From Schmidtea polychroa (Eukaryota): 64,000 nt of DNA. Positions within the stretch are counted from its first letter, which is position 1, and every line of letters begins with the position of its first letter. Both the position numbers and the translations under genes were made by a program. The stretch is taken from the NCBI GenBank assembly GCA_044892525.1, contig CM097885.1:32116001-32180000 (forward strand), in the 5' to 3' direction. The notes beneath the pieces are model-generated. The model had not been told where the DNA came from. It made no database searches and worked only from the letters and a program-made list of their open reading frames with translations. Shown piece after piece: positions 48,301 through 61,818 of the stretch.

Positions 48301-50806
48301 AATAATTTTATTTTAACTTATAAATTTAACTAATCATTTTTTGTTTGTCTAAAATTTATTTACCTATTATTACAATTATTTTTATTATTAAACAAGTATA
48401 TTATAATATGGGCATTTTTGCTGCAAAGTATATATTTAATAAAATGACATAATTTTCGATTATAACAATAATTCTTGAGAATTTAATAAGGGTTGATAAA
48501 GATGATAGTTATTATCGAAAATTATTTCATTTTATTAAATTCATACTTTAGAGCAAAAAGGCTTAAATTACATGTCTAACATTTAATTAATGCTNNNNNN
48601 NNNNNNNNNNNNNNNNNNNNNNNNNNNNNNNNNNNNNNNNNNNNNNNNNNNNNNNNNNNNNNNNNNNNNNNNNNNNNNNNNNNNNNNNNNNNNNNNNNNN
48701 NNNNNNNNNNNNNNNNNNNNNNNNNNNNNNNNNNNNNNNNNNNNNNNNNNNNNNNNNNGATAAAATATATGATTGGAGATTTTTTTGATTAGTTTCCTCT
48801 TTATTTGTTTGCAATTTAATGGACAATTGACTTGAAAAGCATATTATATTTGAAAAAGAATATATTTTGATTCATGGATTTAATTTACACTTTGTCACAT
48901 TTCTTTTTAAAGAGCGTAAGTTAGAAAGATCACTGGTATAATCAACAACAATAAAATCATAATTAAAGTGTCTCTTTGATTAGATATTATCATTATAAAT
49001 GAGAATTAACAATTGCAGTTAGTTAAATTTAGCGATTTGGTAAAATCAGTTACAAGGTTTATCATAAATATTCTAAACAAATTAATTGAGCAAATACGCA
49101 AATTATAAATAAATTAAATCTAACCAGCTTTACACATTGCCAACTGTAAAACGTCTGCATTATTTATGTATTTATTGGAGGCCCAGTAATATAAATATAT
49201 CTTAGAAGATGTTGATCCAGCATCAATAATCACACTGTACTGAAATATTAAATAAAAATACTTTGAAAATACTATTTCCATAATATAATTATTATAGTAG
49301 TCTTAAAACATTTGAAAAAACAAACTGCAGTCTTACTTTAGGATTGTTAATAATCCCTCCAAATTTGTGGAGAACCTTGATATTTAAATCAGCTTTGATG
49401 AACATTAAAATAAATATATAATGCAACTGGGAGGTTAAATTTTTTGTAAGATTATTTAACACTAAATTTACGAACTGAGCCAATTTGACTCATTTAAAAT
49501 TCTATTGCTACATATATATAATAAATATATTATTTTTTTAAATTATTTTTTGAATACATATGTTGGTTTTTAGATACGTCATGAAATATAAGTAAATATT
49601 AATTACTCTACTCTACCGACTCCCTCATTTCGCATATCGAATTAAGTATATCTATTTTTACGGCTATTTTTACCCGTAAATCTACTGTTAAACTCATTAA
49701 AAAATTAAATGTTTCTTTAAAAATGTATCCTTTTTCTTTATTTTTTCAGACTATATAATTCTTTTGTTTTATATTTAACACGAATTTTCAGGTTAACTAA
49801 TTTTTTCATTTTTCATTCGTTACATTACAACTTGAAATGATGAAAAATTTAATTCTTCCTAAATGATCGGTACCTGTCTATGGTGAACGAAAGTCAGCTT
49901 TTTCGAAAAACAATGCAATTAAATATTAATTATTAAATGAATTAGGAGAAAATCAAAATCAACTTCAATAGCTAAATTTTCAAATTATATGTATACGGTT
50001 TTGTTACATTCAGCTGTGACTTTAATATTTTTGTTCATGTTTTGCATGAGAGAATAATTGTTATCTTTTAAACAAAAACGTTCTTGATTAGCGAAAAAAA
50101 TAACTCGAGCAGATTTCGATATTTTCAGTATTTATAAGATGCTGTATGAAACGATTCTCTAAATAAATTTATCAGACGAGCATCTGACGTAGCATCGGTG
50201 CGTTTTGTTCAACGTGGACGCGTTTTTACATGTTACGGTCGTTTTCGACAGCATTGGCTGCCATAGAGTTAGACCGTAGATACTTTCATGGATGGCTATT
50301 GGTCAAGATGTTTTTAATTAGACAGGAATATTAATCAAAAAAATTTCTTACCATATGTCGAATGTAACAAGATAAACCTATTCCGCATGAAATTATTCAT
50401 AAATTTAATAGGAATATACCAAATTTAGATTTGTTTCGTAGGTTGCTGATATCCAACACATATTACTAACACATATATTGCTATCACATAAATTACTAAT
50501 AAACTTTATTGGTCTTTTATCACCGGCGAAGAAAAATATAAAATATTAAATTGCATAAAATATAAAATATATTTCAAAATAGTAAAATTAACTGAAATGT
50601 TTTTTCTATCGAAAATAAAATAAGTTATAAAATATATTAGAATGTGATAAATATAATATAAAATAATAATAATAATTGAACATGACAGTAATTATCAAAA
50701 GACTTACTGTAAATATTGAAGACAAATTTATAACATAAATTGTTATTAATGCAATTATACCACTAATAGAAAGAAAAAATGCAACTATTGCCAAAGGTTT
50801 CCACAT
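36368..50806 (-). CDS. CD39-like ecto-NTPDase (GDA1/CD39 family, two TM anchors), 10 exons, about 512 aa
   Basis: Exons 50708-50806, 49125-49239, 47816-47969, 46524-46695, 45438-45644, 45228-45386, 43526-43672, 40287-40403, 40113-40241 and 36368-36607, with consistent phases. ACR1 DAGSTSS, ACR2 ATAGMRML, ACR3 TGAKEGLYGW, ACR4 DMGGASTQ, ACR5 VGWGLG. An extra upstream exon is possible (N gap nearby). Confidence 0.92.
37521..38428. mobile_element. TA-flanked MITE (Tc1/mariner-type)
   Basis: TIR TACACCAAACGCCACTGAGA / TCTCAGTGGTGTTTGGTGTA; no coding capacity. Confidence 0.8.
39350..39720. mobile_element. Partial inverted copy of the same MITE
   Basis: Reverse complement of about 37521-37900 with scattered substitutions. 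Confidence 0.85.
41693..43380 (-). mobile_element. Intact pogo-like DNA transposon in an NTPDase intron
   Basis: Perfect 25-bp TIR CCGGATAGTCTCGAAAGTAAGACCA, TA on both sides, repeated subterminal TCGAAAGTAAGACC motifs. Confidence 0.96.
41964..43229 (-). CDS. pogo/Tigger-type DD35D transposase
   Basis: N-terminal HTH and CENP-B-type HTH (GRKAEFPELEKPL). NMDETP, FDKFSAH and LQPLDV, with 35 aa between the last two Asp. Confidence 0.95.
   Translation of the reverse strand: MTNTRRSYTVKFKLDILERLIVNKGNIRKTARENNITFKMLRDWLYQKDTLLSVTRKNILKKVGCGRKAEFPELEKPLVEYVKFERMVFKRAVSVYLLRQKAMEYITANNLSLVLSQCWVHNFFRRNNLSYRKITSIGQQDNRSHSEIKEIITNHLEKVKICQMYDESNIYNMDETPIYIDTMPSKTITTKGEKNVEAKGTGHCKTRFSVVLLISANGKLHRTLVILKKLRKVPKCFIPKNLMVITSESGTMTTEIMKTWIQNCFPRDNIFVQNRKAVIIFDKFSAHTRNEVTDLFTRLNVKTIEIPEKTTAFLQPLDVVINFIFKNEYRKRWSEWMANGDANFTKMEYRQKPCWEIIFKWISESVDQIKTESIQKAFVCCGIFGVNQDYNGDLFNNNLKQKLIGVEEELSEEKEYVDFGE
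48595..48758. other. Assembly gap (N run)
   Basis: Run of N. Confidence 1.
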
Positions 50807-50855
50807 CAGAGTTTGATAGCTTTTAGATGCAAATTGGGTCTGGTATTCACTATTA

Positions 50856-50992
50856 NNNNNNNNNNNNNNNNNNNNNNNNNNNNNNNNNNNNNNNNNNNNN
50901 NNNNNNNNNNNNNNNNNNNNNNNNNNNNNNNNNNNNNNNNNNNNNNNNNNNNNNNNNNNNNNNNNNNNNNNNNNNNNNNNNNNNNNNNNNNN
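50856..50992. other. Assembly gap (N run)
   Basis: Run of N. Confidence 1.
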
Positions 50993-51224
50993 GTACCTCT
51001 GTGCTAATTTTTTTTTGGTGCCCCTTAAAAATATTTGGTAAACTCCAAAAATTGATATTGTATTTTACATGTATAATATTGTATATACACCTGTTGAAAA
51101 AAATATATAGCTTTCAAATTATTTAAAAAATAGTAAGATGAATACAAAAAGTTTGTATGAAATTAAAAATTGTTAAAATCCCTCGTGAATTTTAATTGTA
51201 TTCCTCTCCAGTATTCGTACTGAA

Positions 51225-52240
51225 ATGGAGTTTTCTCGAGAGATATTAAAAAATCATTTATTATAACTGGAAGAGAGGACTGTCAGCTGATAAAATTCAT
51301 GAAGAAATCAACCGCGCCCAACCGCGCCCAATGCCTAGATTGGATAGCCAAATTCAAGAGTGGAAACTTTGTCCATGAAGATGTGCCACGCAGTGGAATG
51401 CTATCATATGATCTGTAGAAGAAGATACAAGCTGTTTTAATGAAGATCCGTGGGCCTCAGCCAGACAAATATCTGAGAAAATTGGTAGTGACATAGACAC
51501 CGTGATAAGACGATTGACTCAAATAGGAAAGCGCTACATGTGCAACGTATGGATCCCATATGCGCAAACCGATGCAGCGAAGATGAAGAGTTACATCGTC
51601 TGAACATCTAATTCAACAATACCAACTTTACAATTGTTTTTTACCACTGATGAAAGATAGGTTTATTGGTAGAAGAGTGGCCACCAACGTCACAAGTCTT
51701 GGCAATGTGCTGGAGATGAACTCGTGGCGGAATAAAAAAACTATCTATACCAACAAGAAATTCATGCTGAGTCTGTTCTGGGACTTTAATGGGATTATTT
51801 TGATGGACGTTATGCTATCTAGCGAGACTGTACTGCCAAATATTACTGCGACCCATTGGAAAAACTGAAAAACGACGAAGATGAATATCTGATAGCAACC
51901 TCTATCTCTAAAACGACAAATTGAGTCTGGACATTATAGAACATCCACCATACTCGCCAGGCGTGGCCCCTATGATTTTTACCTCTTTCGACGGATGAAA
52001 TTTGCATTAAACGGAAAAGATGATGCTTGTTCTGCTGATGTGATACACAATCTCAAACAATGAGCACATTTGAAGCCACCGTAATTCTCCGAGGAAGTCA
52101 TTAACAAGCTATCTTGAAGATGGCAAGGATGCATTAATCGCAATGGTGAATATTTTGAAAATGTGTGTGAAGTTGATAATTAGAGAACTTATTGTTATTC
52201 ATTTCTTGAGATTTCGGTATAAACCTTCGAGCCTAACCTG
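51225..52240 (+). pseudogene. Decayed mariner transposase
   Basis: Fragments KFKSGNF..EDVPRSG, WIPYAQT, MLSLFWD, HPPYSP..AP.DF.LF and GEYF, with stops and frameshifts. Confidence 0.85.
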
Positions 52241-54339
52241 CATATTTAATGTATCAAGAATATCTTGGATTATTTTGATTAATATTTAATAACTCGGAAA
52301 AAATAATTTCACCATAGACACATCAATACCATATTAAGATTAAGACTTTTATCCATAGCTAAATCTTAAATGTCGACATTTACAATCCACTGTTCATTTC
52401 AAGCCGTGCTAATAGGAAACATTAGACTTTCGGCATGAATTTTCTTTCTCACTTGTTAAAATAACTTGTTTAAGATTAAGGATTTTTACACGGAAAGAGA
52501 ATCTTAAGATTGCTCTAAGGATAGAATTGTAGACGACCGTTAAATTTTAAAGATTTCACTGATAGGTAAATTTTTTTATTGGAGATTATCTTTATCTGTA
52601 GTTCATGTTTTATTTAAACTTTTTACCCTTTACTTAAACTTCTTTCGGTTTTAATAATGAATATACTTGACTTTGATAAAAAAATTAAAAATTTTAAAAT
52701 TCGAAAACCGATAATGAAACCAAATAATTTGAAAAAATAGCATTTTAAGTCATTAATCCCTTTGTAAATCTCTGAATAGAACATTATTTTTTATAGAATT
52801 CTTTTCTTTCCCATTATGGAACTCAATTAATTTACATATAGTCATGCATTTATCTAATACTGAAATAATATAATAAATAAGACAATTTACTTCTAAATTC
52901 AAAATCCATTTCAATACAATCAATATTAAAACTATTTATGAATTTAAATAATCATTTAAAATATTAAATTATAATATTATATTATATTATTATTATATTA
53001 TATGATATCTTTTAAAAAATGAGAATATCTTATTTTACTCATATCATCATAAAATAATTCCAAATTAAACCTCATAATAATCTTTATTCAAGAAAAGTTA
53101 TAAATTATCAGCGGGGCTCAAACAAAATGTCAAACTAGATTGCTAAGACTTATGTTCCAATTTTCAGTAGTTTCTCTCATGTCTGTCTAACATTCAAAAA
53201 TATTGATCTATAGACCAAAGAAATGAAGGTAAAAGAAATTAGGAATAAAAATAAGAATAGATAAATAGTGTAAAAGATTAAAAATGTAATCGATACAGTT
53301 TTACAATTATAATTTAATTTGTCGGTAAAAATCAAAATTTCTAAAGGATTACTTGACTCTTGTTTGAATATGCAAATGGTACTTTGACCCAAATGTAATT
53401 AACGTAAAATATTTTGTTTTTCTTAATTTCAATCAATATAACTAAGTAATTTACAAAGCTTAACTGACAACAACATATACTCTGAAAAAACCTTATTCAT
53501 AAATATTACCAAGGTACTCCGACTGAATCAACGTTCGTCAGTTTATAAATATCTAGGTAGTTTCTAGCTATATATAATATCTAATGGGTTTCAAAAAATC
53601 CATGCTAACTGTCAAAAAATTATATGACAGGGCGGTTTTGTGGGCAGACTGATTTGAATAGGCTATTTATTTCTGTGCCATTTTGACGGATCGCCATTTA
53701 TGGCTGGCTGTTCTGCAATTCGTTGAACATTGTAAATTCCAAGAAGCTATACTCTGTTCTAGATGTTTGAAAAAATTATTTAGGGGGTTAAAATAATTAG
53801 CTGCTTATCTGGAGTTCTTAATATTTGACGTATCCATGAAAACTGCAAGACTTTCAAAAATTGATGTATAAATTTGGTGTATGTATGGGGTACGCCCAAT
53901 AAATAATGTCACTCACTGAAAGAGCGAGAAAGAGTTATTACGGAATTAAGTGGTGTTTACCATGGACAATGCTTATCACAAAGAATAATATAACAATTAA
54001 TTTGAAAATGGCAGAATTTTATGCGTGGAATACTTTCTGAAGTTTCAGATGAAAATTGTGCAGAGAAAGAGGAAACTAACTACATGACAATTGGTATATT
54101 GTTTAAATGTGATGAAAAGTCCTTTTTATTCCATATTTGTAGAGTGTTGTATTCGTAAATAATGTTTTGAAAGTTGAAAAAGTATTTAAAGATTCCTGAT
54201 AGTGTTAGTGTAAGCTTTTTTAGAATATTATCAATATGTACGTAAGGCCATTGTCCCTTCATATTCATGAGACTAAACAAGAATCACTAGAGTAGAAATT
54301 ACCGGCCCGAGTTTAATAAGAAGATAATTCGTGTAATCA

Positions 54340-54580
54340 ACTTCTCGCAAAAATTGTTTCATGTTGTTTGTTTATTTGGATGTAAAAAGGTATTATTTTG
54401 ATTGATTTTACTGAAAACGAGTTAAGAATAGGCAGCGCTGATTACTCAAAAAGATATATAAAAGACGCTCCAGTACAAACGACTCCTGCTTCCACATTGA
54501 AGATAAAATATTATGGCCTGGATCTAATATAAGCCTAAGTCCGCTCCTTCTGACTTTTATCTGTTAAGATTGACTGATTG
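54340..54580 (+). pseudogene. Small mariner fragment
   Basis: Remnants of the MLxxFWD..GIIL and APSDFYL motifs. Confidence 0.45.
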
Positions 54581-55139
54581 ATTGAGTAATATTTAGGAGA
54601 TGAATAAAACCAAAAGTAGAAGGATATTTGATGACGGAAATCTTTAAGTAACATCTAAATCTCAAAGTCCTGCTGATTGTGCTACCTTTGAAATTTTGTA
54701 ATAAGCAAAATCGTCAAAGTTTGTTAATCTATTTACCAAAAATTCATAAATTTCTCTCTCTTTCACAAACTAAACTCTCAGTTAAATTATCATATTGAGA
54801 AATAAACTCACATCCTTAATTTTTACTAGCAAGTTTTTCAATGGAACTAATAATTTCCTCTTATTTCATATTCAATATAGCACAACTTATAACTCATGCG
54901 CAACCAAACGGACATTCAAATCCTTTCAATTAATACAACCTTTTTTTGGATTTGTGATGTTTGAATTCTCAGATGTGTCTTGGGGTTCTTAATACGTGGA
55001 AAAACTTAAATTAAATTATTTACCTTTATGTAAAACAAAATTTAAAAAAACAAAATTAAGTGCAAAGAAATAATTAAAACATTGAAAAATTAAGATTTTT
55101 CAGAGAAAACAGATATGAGCGGATGGCAAATTATGGGAC

Positions 55140-55830
55140 AAATTATATGTAGATTATATTCTTTAACAATATTGTTTAATACTTTTAAGTCTTGCAAGGT
55201 TGATAGCATGTTCACTAATAAGTTTCCAATTCTAGTTGGTCTGTCTTCAGAACTCGTGTATCAATTTTTATGTAATGTGTGTAATGCCACATACATTGGA
55301 TAGACTGCTCGTCATGTATGCACTCGAGTTCTTGAGAATTGGATTGACCCACATAAGTGATCATTTTAGGAGGTGTATCAGTAAAAAAAATAAGTATTTC
55401 TGATTTTAAGATCTTGTCGAAGAGTTTGAGTAATTACTGGGAACCAGTAACGTGCGAGGCGTTACTAATTAGATCTTTAAATCTTATAATTAGTATTCAA
55501 AGTGTCCAGTTTACAGGGATTTTGAATGAATTTAAATAATTTAACTTGTATATTTAATATATGGGGTGATGTTGTTTGTTAAATTAAAAAAAATTTTTTG
55601 TATGAGAATGTTAACAATTTTGTGCGTTTTTTTAAAATTAAAATAATTTTAATATGATTAAAAAAATATTTTTTAAAATTTTATTAAAATATCTTTTAGT
55701 TTGATTCAATTTGATAACGATTATTATTTGTTAATTTTTTTGAATATTAATATTTTCATTTAGTTGTTATTAATACGATTCCTAGCCTGAAGAAGACTGT
55801 TAAATGATCAAAATATATAGCAATGTTATA
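55140..55830 (+). pseudogene. Penelope-like element relic (GIY-YIG endonuclease 3' end)
   Basis: SELVYQFLCNVCNATYIG*TARHVCTRVLE, then DFKIL and EALLIR, followed by an AT-rich tail. Confidence 0.75.
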
Positions 55831-55899
55831 TTTTAATATACTTAAAAACTTAGCCTTCTTTTTAAAATTATTTAATCAAGACAAAGATAGTTATTTAGC

Positions 55900-56940
55900 G
55901 TGCCTCTCGTTGGTAATAAGAAAACTACTTTCAATATCATTTATAAGTTACTTGCGAGGTACGGAATTAATAAGATGACAGTAGATAGACCGCATTTAAG
56001 GCATTGCATTAAGAACCGCATTGGTTGCTTGTAAAAACTTATGTGACACGTTAGGAAGTGAAGTTGTAAATGTTCGGACTTGCAAATTTCCTTACTCAGG
56101 TTTCAGTCTCAAAGATCGTCGATCTGGGCTACCATCGACAGTTGACAATGAAATTTTACGATCCATGTTAAAGTGTAATCTACATCTAACCGCTATAGCA
56201 ATTGCTAAGGAATTCGGCATCCACCATTTGACTGCTGAGGAACACATAAACATCTTGGATTTGTCTGGAAGCAGAGTATTTGGGTTCCGCATAATTTGAC
56301 TGAAAGAAATTTATCGGATCCTGTAAAAATTTGTTCATCTCTCCTTATTAGAAACAATGTGGAGCAATTTTTCGACAACATAAATACGACAGATGAAAAA
56401 TGGATCTTTTTCGAGAGTATAAAGAGAAAAAAGGTTTACTGAGCTACAATTATAGCAAAATCAGATATTCATCAACGGAAGGTGATGGTCTGTTTGTTGT
56501 GGGATATAAAAGGTCTAGTTTACTACGAGCTACTTAAACAATGGCAAATCATAAATGCGAACATATATTGTTATCAGCTTGATAAATTGAATGCAACTCT
56601 TTAAGTAAAACAGCCAGTATTGGGAAATTGAAAATAATGCAAACGATAATGCAAAACCACATACTGCAATGTTGACGCAACTAAAGTTGAATGAGCTTTG
56701 GTAGGGAAATTCTTTATCACCCACCATATTCACCTGATATAGCTCCAGGAAAGAAATTTACTTCTTTCGAAGTTGTCTCCATGATAATTGCTGAATATTT
56801 TGGATACAAGCATGAGAACGTCGACGCAAGGGGAAACCATCGCAAGTGGACATTATATTGTTGATTAAAATGTAACTAAACGTTAAAACTAATTCAAATT
56901 GTTATTTAAAATACGACCGAACTTTACCGCCAACCTAATA
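55900..56940 (+). mobile_element. Decayed mariner element with right TIR
   Basis: WVPHNLT (56281), TDEKW, DNAKPH, HPPYSPDIAP. TIR ..ACTTTACCGCCAACCTAATA ends at 56940. Confidence 0.9.
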
Positions 56941-56970
56941 GTTTTAAATAAATAAATTATATGACCTACT

Positions 56971-56971
56971 T

Positions 56972-57021
<50 letters not shown>
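56971..57021. repeat. (TA)n-(CA)n-(TA)n microsatellite
   Basis: Direct inspection. Confidence 0.9.
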
Positions 57022-57022
<1 letters not shown>

Positions 57023-58199
57023 GATTAATATTAATTAAATATATTAACTCTTTGATTTTCATGTAGAGTTAACGCTTCAACAATTAATATATTTATTACG
57101 TGACAACTGAGGTAAAAGTAATAATCTATATAACATTATATACCTGGATCTGTAAGTATTAAATGAGCATCTTTATTGATATTATTACTTTCAATTGTGT
57201 TCAACATTGAAAGTGGCATTTTTAAAGAATTTATAAATTCATATTTCTCCTGATATATTATTCCAACTTTTGCACAAGCCAATTTTGAAAGTGATAGCAA
57301 CAATTCATTGCCATACACAAATATTTCTAATTTCTCATTGATTTCCCCAATAGATTTACTAAAGGAAATTATTATTGGAAATTTTTCCATTGGATGTTTT
57401 GGGAAAATTGATAAAATTATGATTCAAAATATGTTTAAACTGGAAATTAGACAATTTACTTATGATTTAAGGATATATTTAATATATTTAAAAAAATCTT
57501 ATGTCAAACTGATGTTAAATAATATTATTAAATTAAATAATTACTTTTTAATTTTCACCGGAGTTCCAACATTAAAGTGCTTTACTTAAACAAATGTATT
57601 TATTTAATTTTCATTATATATGTTTAATGAAAAATTCAAAATGATAACTTTGATTTTATAATTGATTAATAAACAAATGAAATGTTTACTTTATTAATTT
57701 CAAAGAATTCATTTATCAAAAATAAGTCTTAAAAGAGCAATTAGTATTGCTATAAAATAATAAAATTGTTATTTAAAAGGCTCGTTTGTTTTTTTATATA
57801 ATTGTTGTATTTAAATATTTTTATCACATACTCGCACGCACTCATATTTATACACACACATCAGCTGTCCCACTAGCGTTTTTTAAAGGAGACTTTGCTG
57901 TACTCTACAAGATTCTCTAACATAACACGTTATGTTAAAAGACATAACATAAATAACATTAATATTTACAATAATACAAAAATAAGTAATCTAATATTTA
58001 AATTACCTAATTTGTAATTATCGTGAATTTGATGCTTGTGTGTATGTTATTGCAGGTCTGAAACATGTTTAATATTTCATCTTAATAATTTCATATTAGT
58101 CTTCTATCCTGAAGAGATAAATAGTTGAACGGTTATGTCATAAAATAGATATTAAAAAATCTAGACTTTGAATTATTTAACATGTTGACCACGATCAGT

Positions 58200-58700
58200 T
58201 TAGGAATATCCAAACTGCATATTATTCCTCAGCCGAAAATGTATTCAATTTTGTAATGTCAATAAAAAGCTATTTTGATATGATCAAATTAGATGAACAG
58301 CAAAGAAATGGCGTTGTTCGATCATATTTAGACGAGAAAGGCAGGAAGAAATATGATAAAACTCCATTTGAAAACAATTTGGAAGAGAATTTAAGAAAGG
58401 CCTTTGAAGCACAAACAAATTTAGCGGAGGATTTGCAAAACATTTTGACCTCTCGAAAAGTCAATTCAACTGTCGATGACTACATCACAACTATAACGAA
58501 AAATGTTGAGTGTGTAATGAGGCACACAATTCCAAGCAGGAAATTAACAGCATTTTTATTAAAATAATGTTTGGATGGTGCAGAAAAAAGAAGAGAAATT
58601 CAGTGTTACGAAATAACCGAGGACCTATTTTAAGAAAACTCTACAAAGACGAAAGAAAAGTTGACAATGAAGAAAAAAAGCGCCAAGTAAATACATAAAA
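58200..58700 (+). pseudogene. Degenerate retrotransposon gag relic
   Basis: FVMSIKSYFDMIKLDEQQR...SYL...LRKAF...STVDDY resembles the retrotransposon capsid pattern; breaks down downstream. Confidence 0.45.
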
Positions 58701-60034
58701 TTTATTTTAAAAAATGTGGAAGAATCGAAACTCAATGAAAATGTAGCTCTATTGAATAAAAGGAGCTATGTGGAACAGGTTCACAATAATTACAGCCTTA
58801 ACATTATTATTTAATTAAGTCACGCCAAATTGTGGAATGAAGAAAACTGAAGAGAAAAGATAGCGGACCGAAAATTAAATTCGAGAAAATTGTCATAAAT
58901 ATAAATGAATTGACCGGAAACCTAAAAGTTACAAACTCAAAACCAATTAGGAAAGCAAGTGGAAGCCCGTAGAGAAAGATACCCAAAATAACAAAATCAA
59001 CTTGATTGAGAAATAATTTAATTAAGGGATGGGCATAAAAAGGCTATTCAAGTCAACAGAATTGGAAGTTGGTCGAAGGAAGAAGTTTAGTAAATTTAAA
59101 GGTAATAGAAAGAGATTTTAAAACGTAGTGTTAACCAAATCAAGTTGAGTCTTAGCGTACCAGAAAGGGACATCTCCCATTGGAAGATATACCCCAACTC
59201 CAGACTAAAAGTAAGATTGAAAATTGTACAGAATAGAGTTTCCAAAAGTAGTGCAAAGTGAAATTGTTGTATTAAAGTATGTAATAAATAAAGGTGCTAT
59301 TGTGATCATTTTGAATAAATATTATTGTGTTGGGATGTTCGATTTGCTTAATAAAAGGACACCAAAGATTCAGACAATGATACCGACATACTAAAATACC
59401 CAACACTATTTTTTGTTGTTAAATTGGCTTTACAAATTTAAAAGATCAAACACTGACTTCATTATTTACATTAATTTCTTATGGGATATTTGAGGCTCAT
59501 TTATTATTTTACAAATATTTTAATATGTTATTGAAGTGATCGTCTATTTTCAAAGTTAAATTGATTAATTAACAGATTTTTTATGCGCTTAAATTAATAA
59601 AAAAGTCCTTTCACGTTAAATGCCTTTTGTCATTTTTAAATATTTCATGTCAAATATCAAACAATAAATTTTTAGCTTCTAAACTAAATCAGCAAATTAT
59701 CAGTTCAGCAAAGATTATGAAATCCAAAACATTCAAGAAAATCCTAATTAATTAAAATTTTTAGATTCAAAGAGAATTAACAAAGATAAACATTTCAAGT
59801 TGCAACACATCAACCTGATTACCTAATTTTCTTCATGAACTTCATGCCAATCATCAATGTTCACAAGCTTTAGATCCCATCGGCTGAAAACAACAAAATA
59901 ATTGTGCCGAGGAAAACACAATAGTTACATTATTAATTAATTTTCATTAAATTTTATTTTATTTATTTTTACAAGGTATTTTTATATGTATAATTCATAT
60001 TAAATTATTTTTCAATATTTGCATCAAATAAACA

Positions 60035-60073
60035 ATGGATCGAATTGATAGGGAAATGAAGCTTCTACGGCGG
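60035..60073 (+). CDS. Candidate first exon (MDRIDREMKLLRR) of the gene continuing at 63791
   Basis: ATG followed by CGG|GTAAGA donor. Joins in phase 0 to the acceptor exon at 63791. Confidence 0.35.
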
Positions 60074-60561
60074 GTAAGAAATAAAATATGTACAGATCAA
60101 ATGACATATTTTTCCTTAACTTGTATCTTTTCAATAAAATTTGAATGTTCTGATGATAATTAATTTTCTTTTCTATTGAAATTAATTTTATAATTTGAAT
60201 TGATTGATCAAATGTCACTAATAAACGAAATGAAAAATAATTGAAAATTTATTATTCTGAGTTTTGAGGGCTCGTCATTGATGCTCATAATTTTTGATTC
60301 AATTTTTATCAATTTTGATGGCGATTTTTTATTATTTATGATTTATTTCATTTTCTAATTTCTATATTTTATTTTATTTTAATTAGATTCGCTGTTATTT
60401 TTATATTTTTTGATAGATTAATCTTCCAAATTTCGTATTTATATTTAGTTTCAGTTAAATTCGGCACCATGATGGATTTCGCCATTTTCCTTGTATTTTT
60501 GTATTTTTTATCGTTTTTAATATAATTTCAATTCATAATTTTTTTTGGGCTATTTTCTTAT

Positions 60562-61585
60562 TGTTGAGGTCAGTAAATTAAAATTAATTTAAATAAGTTC
60601 AGGTTGAAAATTTAAATAAAAGAAGGAAAAAAACAAATAAAAGCGTGATCATGCACAGAATTGATAGTAAAGGAAAGTATGATGGAAGCAGTATTATGAA
60701 ATGGCAAAAGCAATTGCAAAAGGCAAGAATCCTGAAATTCGAAAAAATCAATAAATTGTAAAGTTATCGAAATTGAATTGGGAAAATGGGACAGGTATAG
60801 ATTAACTAATGGTCAACAAGATGATGATTAAGGATTTATCAGAAAATGGTTAGAAAGGGTCGAAATGCATTCGAATGTGTTAAAACAGAAAATCGTTAAT
60901 TAATTAATTAATTGGCTAATAGAAAACCCGAGCTAATAGGAAACCCGAGCCAATGGAGAACTCGAGAGATGAAGGAAACCCGAGATCGATTAATATGATA
61001 AGTAAACAAAATGGGAATCTCGGAAGGTCATTAAAAATTTACCATGATTAATGGAGACAAACAAAGTTAGGATTATTGAGACGGAATAGCAAAGGTAGCC
61101 AATTAATCATGATATGGTGCAAACAAGGTTCAAGGAGTCGGTTGTCAAACCATTGTCAAATAGGATCAAACAGGTCAAAAACCGATTAATTATTCTAGTA
61201 TAGAAGCAAAGTCAAAATTCAAAATAATCATCATTTTGCCTCAGCTATGGTTAGTAGAAAACGAGAATAGGTAAACGGTAAAGGCGAATTAAGGAGATTA
61301 GGGAAAAAGGAAATATAGAATAGGAGATACGAAAGAGTGATAAGGAATCAAATCAAATAGAAAAGAAAAACGTTGGTCAAGAGAAGCTAAGAAATAAAAA
61401 GGTGAATATTATCTTTTGACAACACCGAGCGGAGAATCGGTCAAACGTGAACTTTGGTTATTAATTATTTATTGTTGAGAGAAATATATTTTTGTTATTC
61501 AAATATAAGTTAGGTAGTTTATTGTTTTGATTAAAAGGACACGAGGAGTCAGAGGTTACCGACTTAAATTACCTAAAACCCAACA
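60562..61585 (+). mobile_element. Solo LTR, ~1-kb family, copy C
   Basis: TGTTGAGG...CCCAACA with TSD TTAT. Confidence 0.85.
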
Positions 61586-61818
61586 TTATGAACATTTTCA
61601 ATTTCTAGTTTATACCTTCTTTTATCGCATACTTCTGGTTATTAATTTATGCTAAATTTATGTTTGATTCGTGCAATCGTTCCTACTTTTGTTATTAATT
61701 TACTTTATGTATATGTTTCTTCATTTTGATGTTGTGCAGTCTCTTTTACTGTGGTCATTTGGTGTTTTTACTTTTTTTGATTTTTACTTGGCTTAGTGTT
61801 ATATCTGTTTGATGTTTT

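Noticed and set aside
57136-57390. 84-aa minus-strand ORF as a host exon
   Set aside because: Has a plausible donor, but the nearest acceptor is out of frame and no partner exons or domain were found.
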